A stretch of 64,000 nt of DNA from Heptranchias perlo (lineage: Eukaryota): contig NC_090329.1 in assembly GCF_035084215.1 (NCBI RefSeq), positions 29,388,001 to 29,452,000 of the forward strand, written 5' to 3'. Below the pieces are notes generated by a model. That model worked only from the letters and a program-made list of their open reading frames with translations. It was not told the origin of the DNA and ran no database searches. Numbering within the stretch: the stretch's first letter is position 1; every line of letters begins with the position of its first letter. The position numbers and the translations under genes are program-made. Shown here one piece after another: positions 62,470-64,000 of the stretch.

Positions 62470-64000
62470 TTTATCATTGCCTACCCTAGATCTCCTGCAT
62501 TCCTTGTGGTGATGGTGCTCCCATGATGTAGGGAATTCCAGGATATTGGAACAGTAACACACGTTCGGTGAGGTGGTCACACCGCAGGTAAAGATTACGC
62601 AGGCAGAAAGGAAATGGGTGACCGCCAGGCAGAGTAAAAGAACTAGGCTGTTAGAGCAGGAGTCCCCTGGGGCCATCTCCCTCTCAAACAGATATTCCGC
62701 TTTGGATATTGTTGGGGGAGATGGCATCTCAGGGGAATGCAGCAAGAGCCAAGACCGTGGCACCATGAGTGACTCAGCTGCACAGGAGGGGAGGAAAAAG
62801 AATGGGAGAGCAACAGTGATAGGGGATTTCATCATAAGGGAAACAGATAGGCGTTTCTGCAGCCGCAGATGTGACTCCAGGATGGTATGTTGCCTCCCTG
62901 GTGCTAGGGTCAAGGATGGCACGGAGCGGCTGCAGGACATTCAGAAAGGGGAGGGTGAACAGGCAGAGATCGCGGTCCATATCGGTACCAATGACATCGG
63001 TTTTTTAAAAAAAAGGATGAGGTCCTGCAAGCAGAATATAGGGAATTAGGAAATAAATTAAAAAGCAGGACCTCTAAGGTAGTAATCTCAGGATTACTCC
63101 CAGTGCCACGTGCTAGAGAGAGCAGAAATAGGAGAATAGACCAGATGAACGTGTGGCTTGAGAGATGGTGTAGGAGGGAGGAGTTTAAATTCCTGAGGCA
63201 TTGGGACCGATTCTGGGAAAGGCGAGACCTGTACAAGCTGAACGGGTTGCACCCAAGCAGAACCAGGACCAATATCCTCACAGGGGCATTTGCTAGTTCT
63301 GTTGAGGAGGGTTTAAACTAGTGTGGCAGGGGGATGGGAACCAAAGAGCAGGTACAGATAGGACAAATTCAGACCAGGAAACCGGGAAATAGAAAAGCAG
63401 TTAGTGACGTAGTTAGCGACTCAAAGGCAAAAGAAGCAAAGATTAAATAGTATTCAGCACAGGAATTTGACGGGGTTAAAGGGTATATACTTCAATGCAA
63501 GGAGTATCACAAACAAAGCAGATGAGCTAAGGGCACCGATAGACACATGGCAGCATGATATCACTGCTATAGCGGAAACCTAGCTTAAAGTGGGGGATAA
63601 CTGGCAGCTCAATATCCCTGGATAGAGTTTACAGGCAGGATAGAGCGGGTGATTTTTTTTTTTAAAAAAAAGGAGGGGTAGCATTATTGGTTAAAGAATC
63701 AATTACAGTTGTAAGAAGGGATGATATGCTAAATGGATCATCAATCGAGGCCATATGGGTTGAGCTAAGAAATAAAAAAAAAAGGGTAGTCACACTACTA
63801 GGAGTGTACTATAGACCCCCGAATAGCGAAAGGGAGATAGAAGAACAAATATGAAGACAAATTTCTGAGTGCAAAATTAAGAGGGCAATTATAGTAGGGG
63901 ACTCAACTACCCTAACATCAACTGGGATTCAAACAGTGTGAGGGGCACAGAGGACGCAAAATTCTTCATCGGTGTCCAGGAGAACTCTTTTAGCCAATAC
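62470..64000 (+). mobile_element. CR1 LINE 5' half (ORF1 esterase and start of ORF2 endonuclease), runs off the window
   Basis: LSNRYSAL, VIGDFIIR, MVCCLPGARVKD, HIGTNDIG, NGLHP; then YFNARSI, GVYYRPPNS, IVGD; frameshifted. Confidence 0.92.

Noticed and set aside
1-64000. CRISPR arrays, rRNA, tRNA genes, prokaryotic operons
   Set aside because: None seen; the sequence is eukaryotic intronic DNA and the repeats are dispersed TE copies.

Overview
Vertebrate genomic DNA, very likely a cartilaginous fish (shark-type CR1/L2 LINEs, Deu-domain SINE, Penelope-derived short repeats); this is inferred by recognition, not by a search. A CpG island at ~43.2-44.1 kb holds a compact head-to-head gene pair. 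On the minus strand is the 18-nt first coding exon of DLGAP2 (MSALKK|GT), which puts 1-43205 in its large first intron. On the plus strand is ERICH1 (coding exons 43679-43697, 51125-51265, 58780-58911). Much of the rest is decayed retroelements: several CR1 families including a near full-length copy with ORF1 esterase, a second poly(A)-tailed CR1-group LINE nested in other elements, L2, Gypsy remnants and solo LTRs. Two things stand out. (1) A GC-rich, intronless, frame-preserved USP37-derived ORF (N-terminal PH-like domain only, no catalytic domain) sits in sense orientation inside the DLGAP2 intron. (2) A family of ~100-190 bp mini-elements, two of them TSD-flanked, carries minimal type I hammerhead ribozyme motifs with covarying stem II. 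Boundaries of old repeats are approximate.
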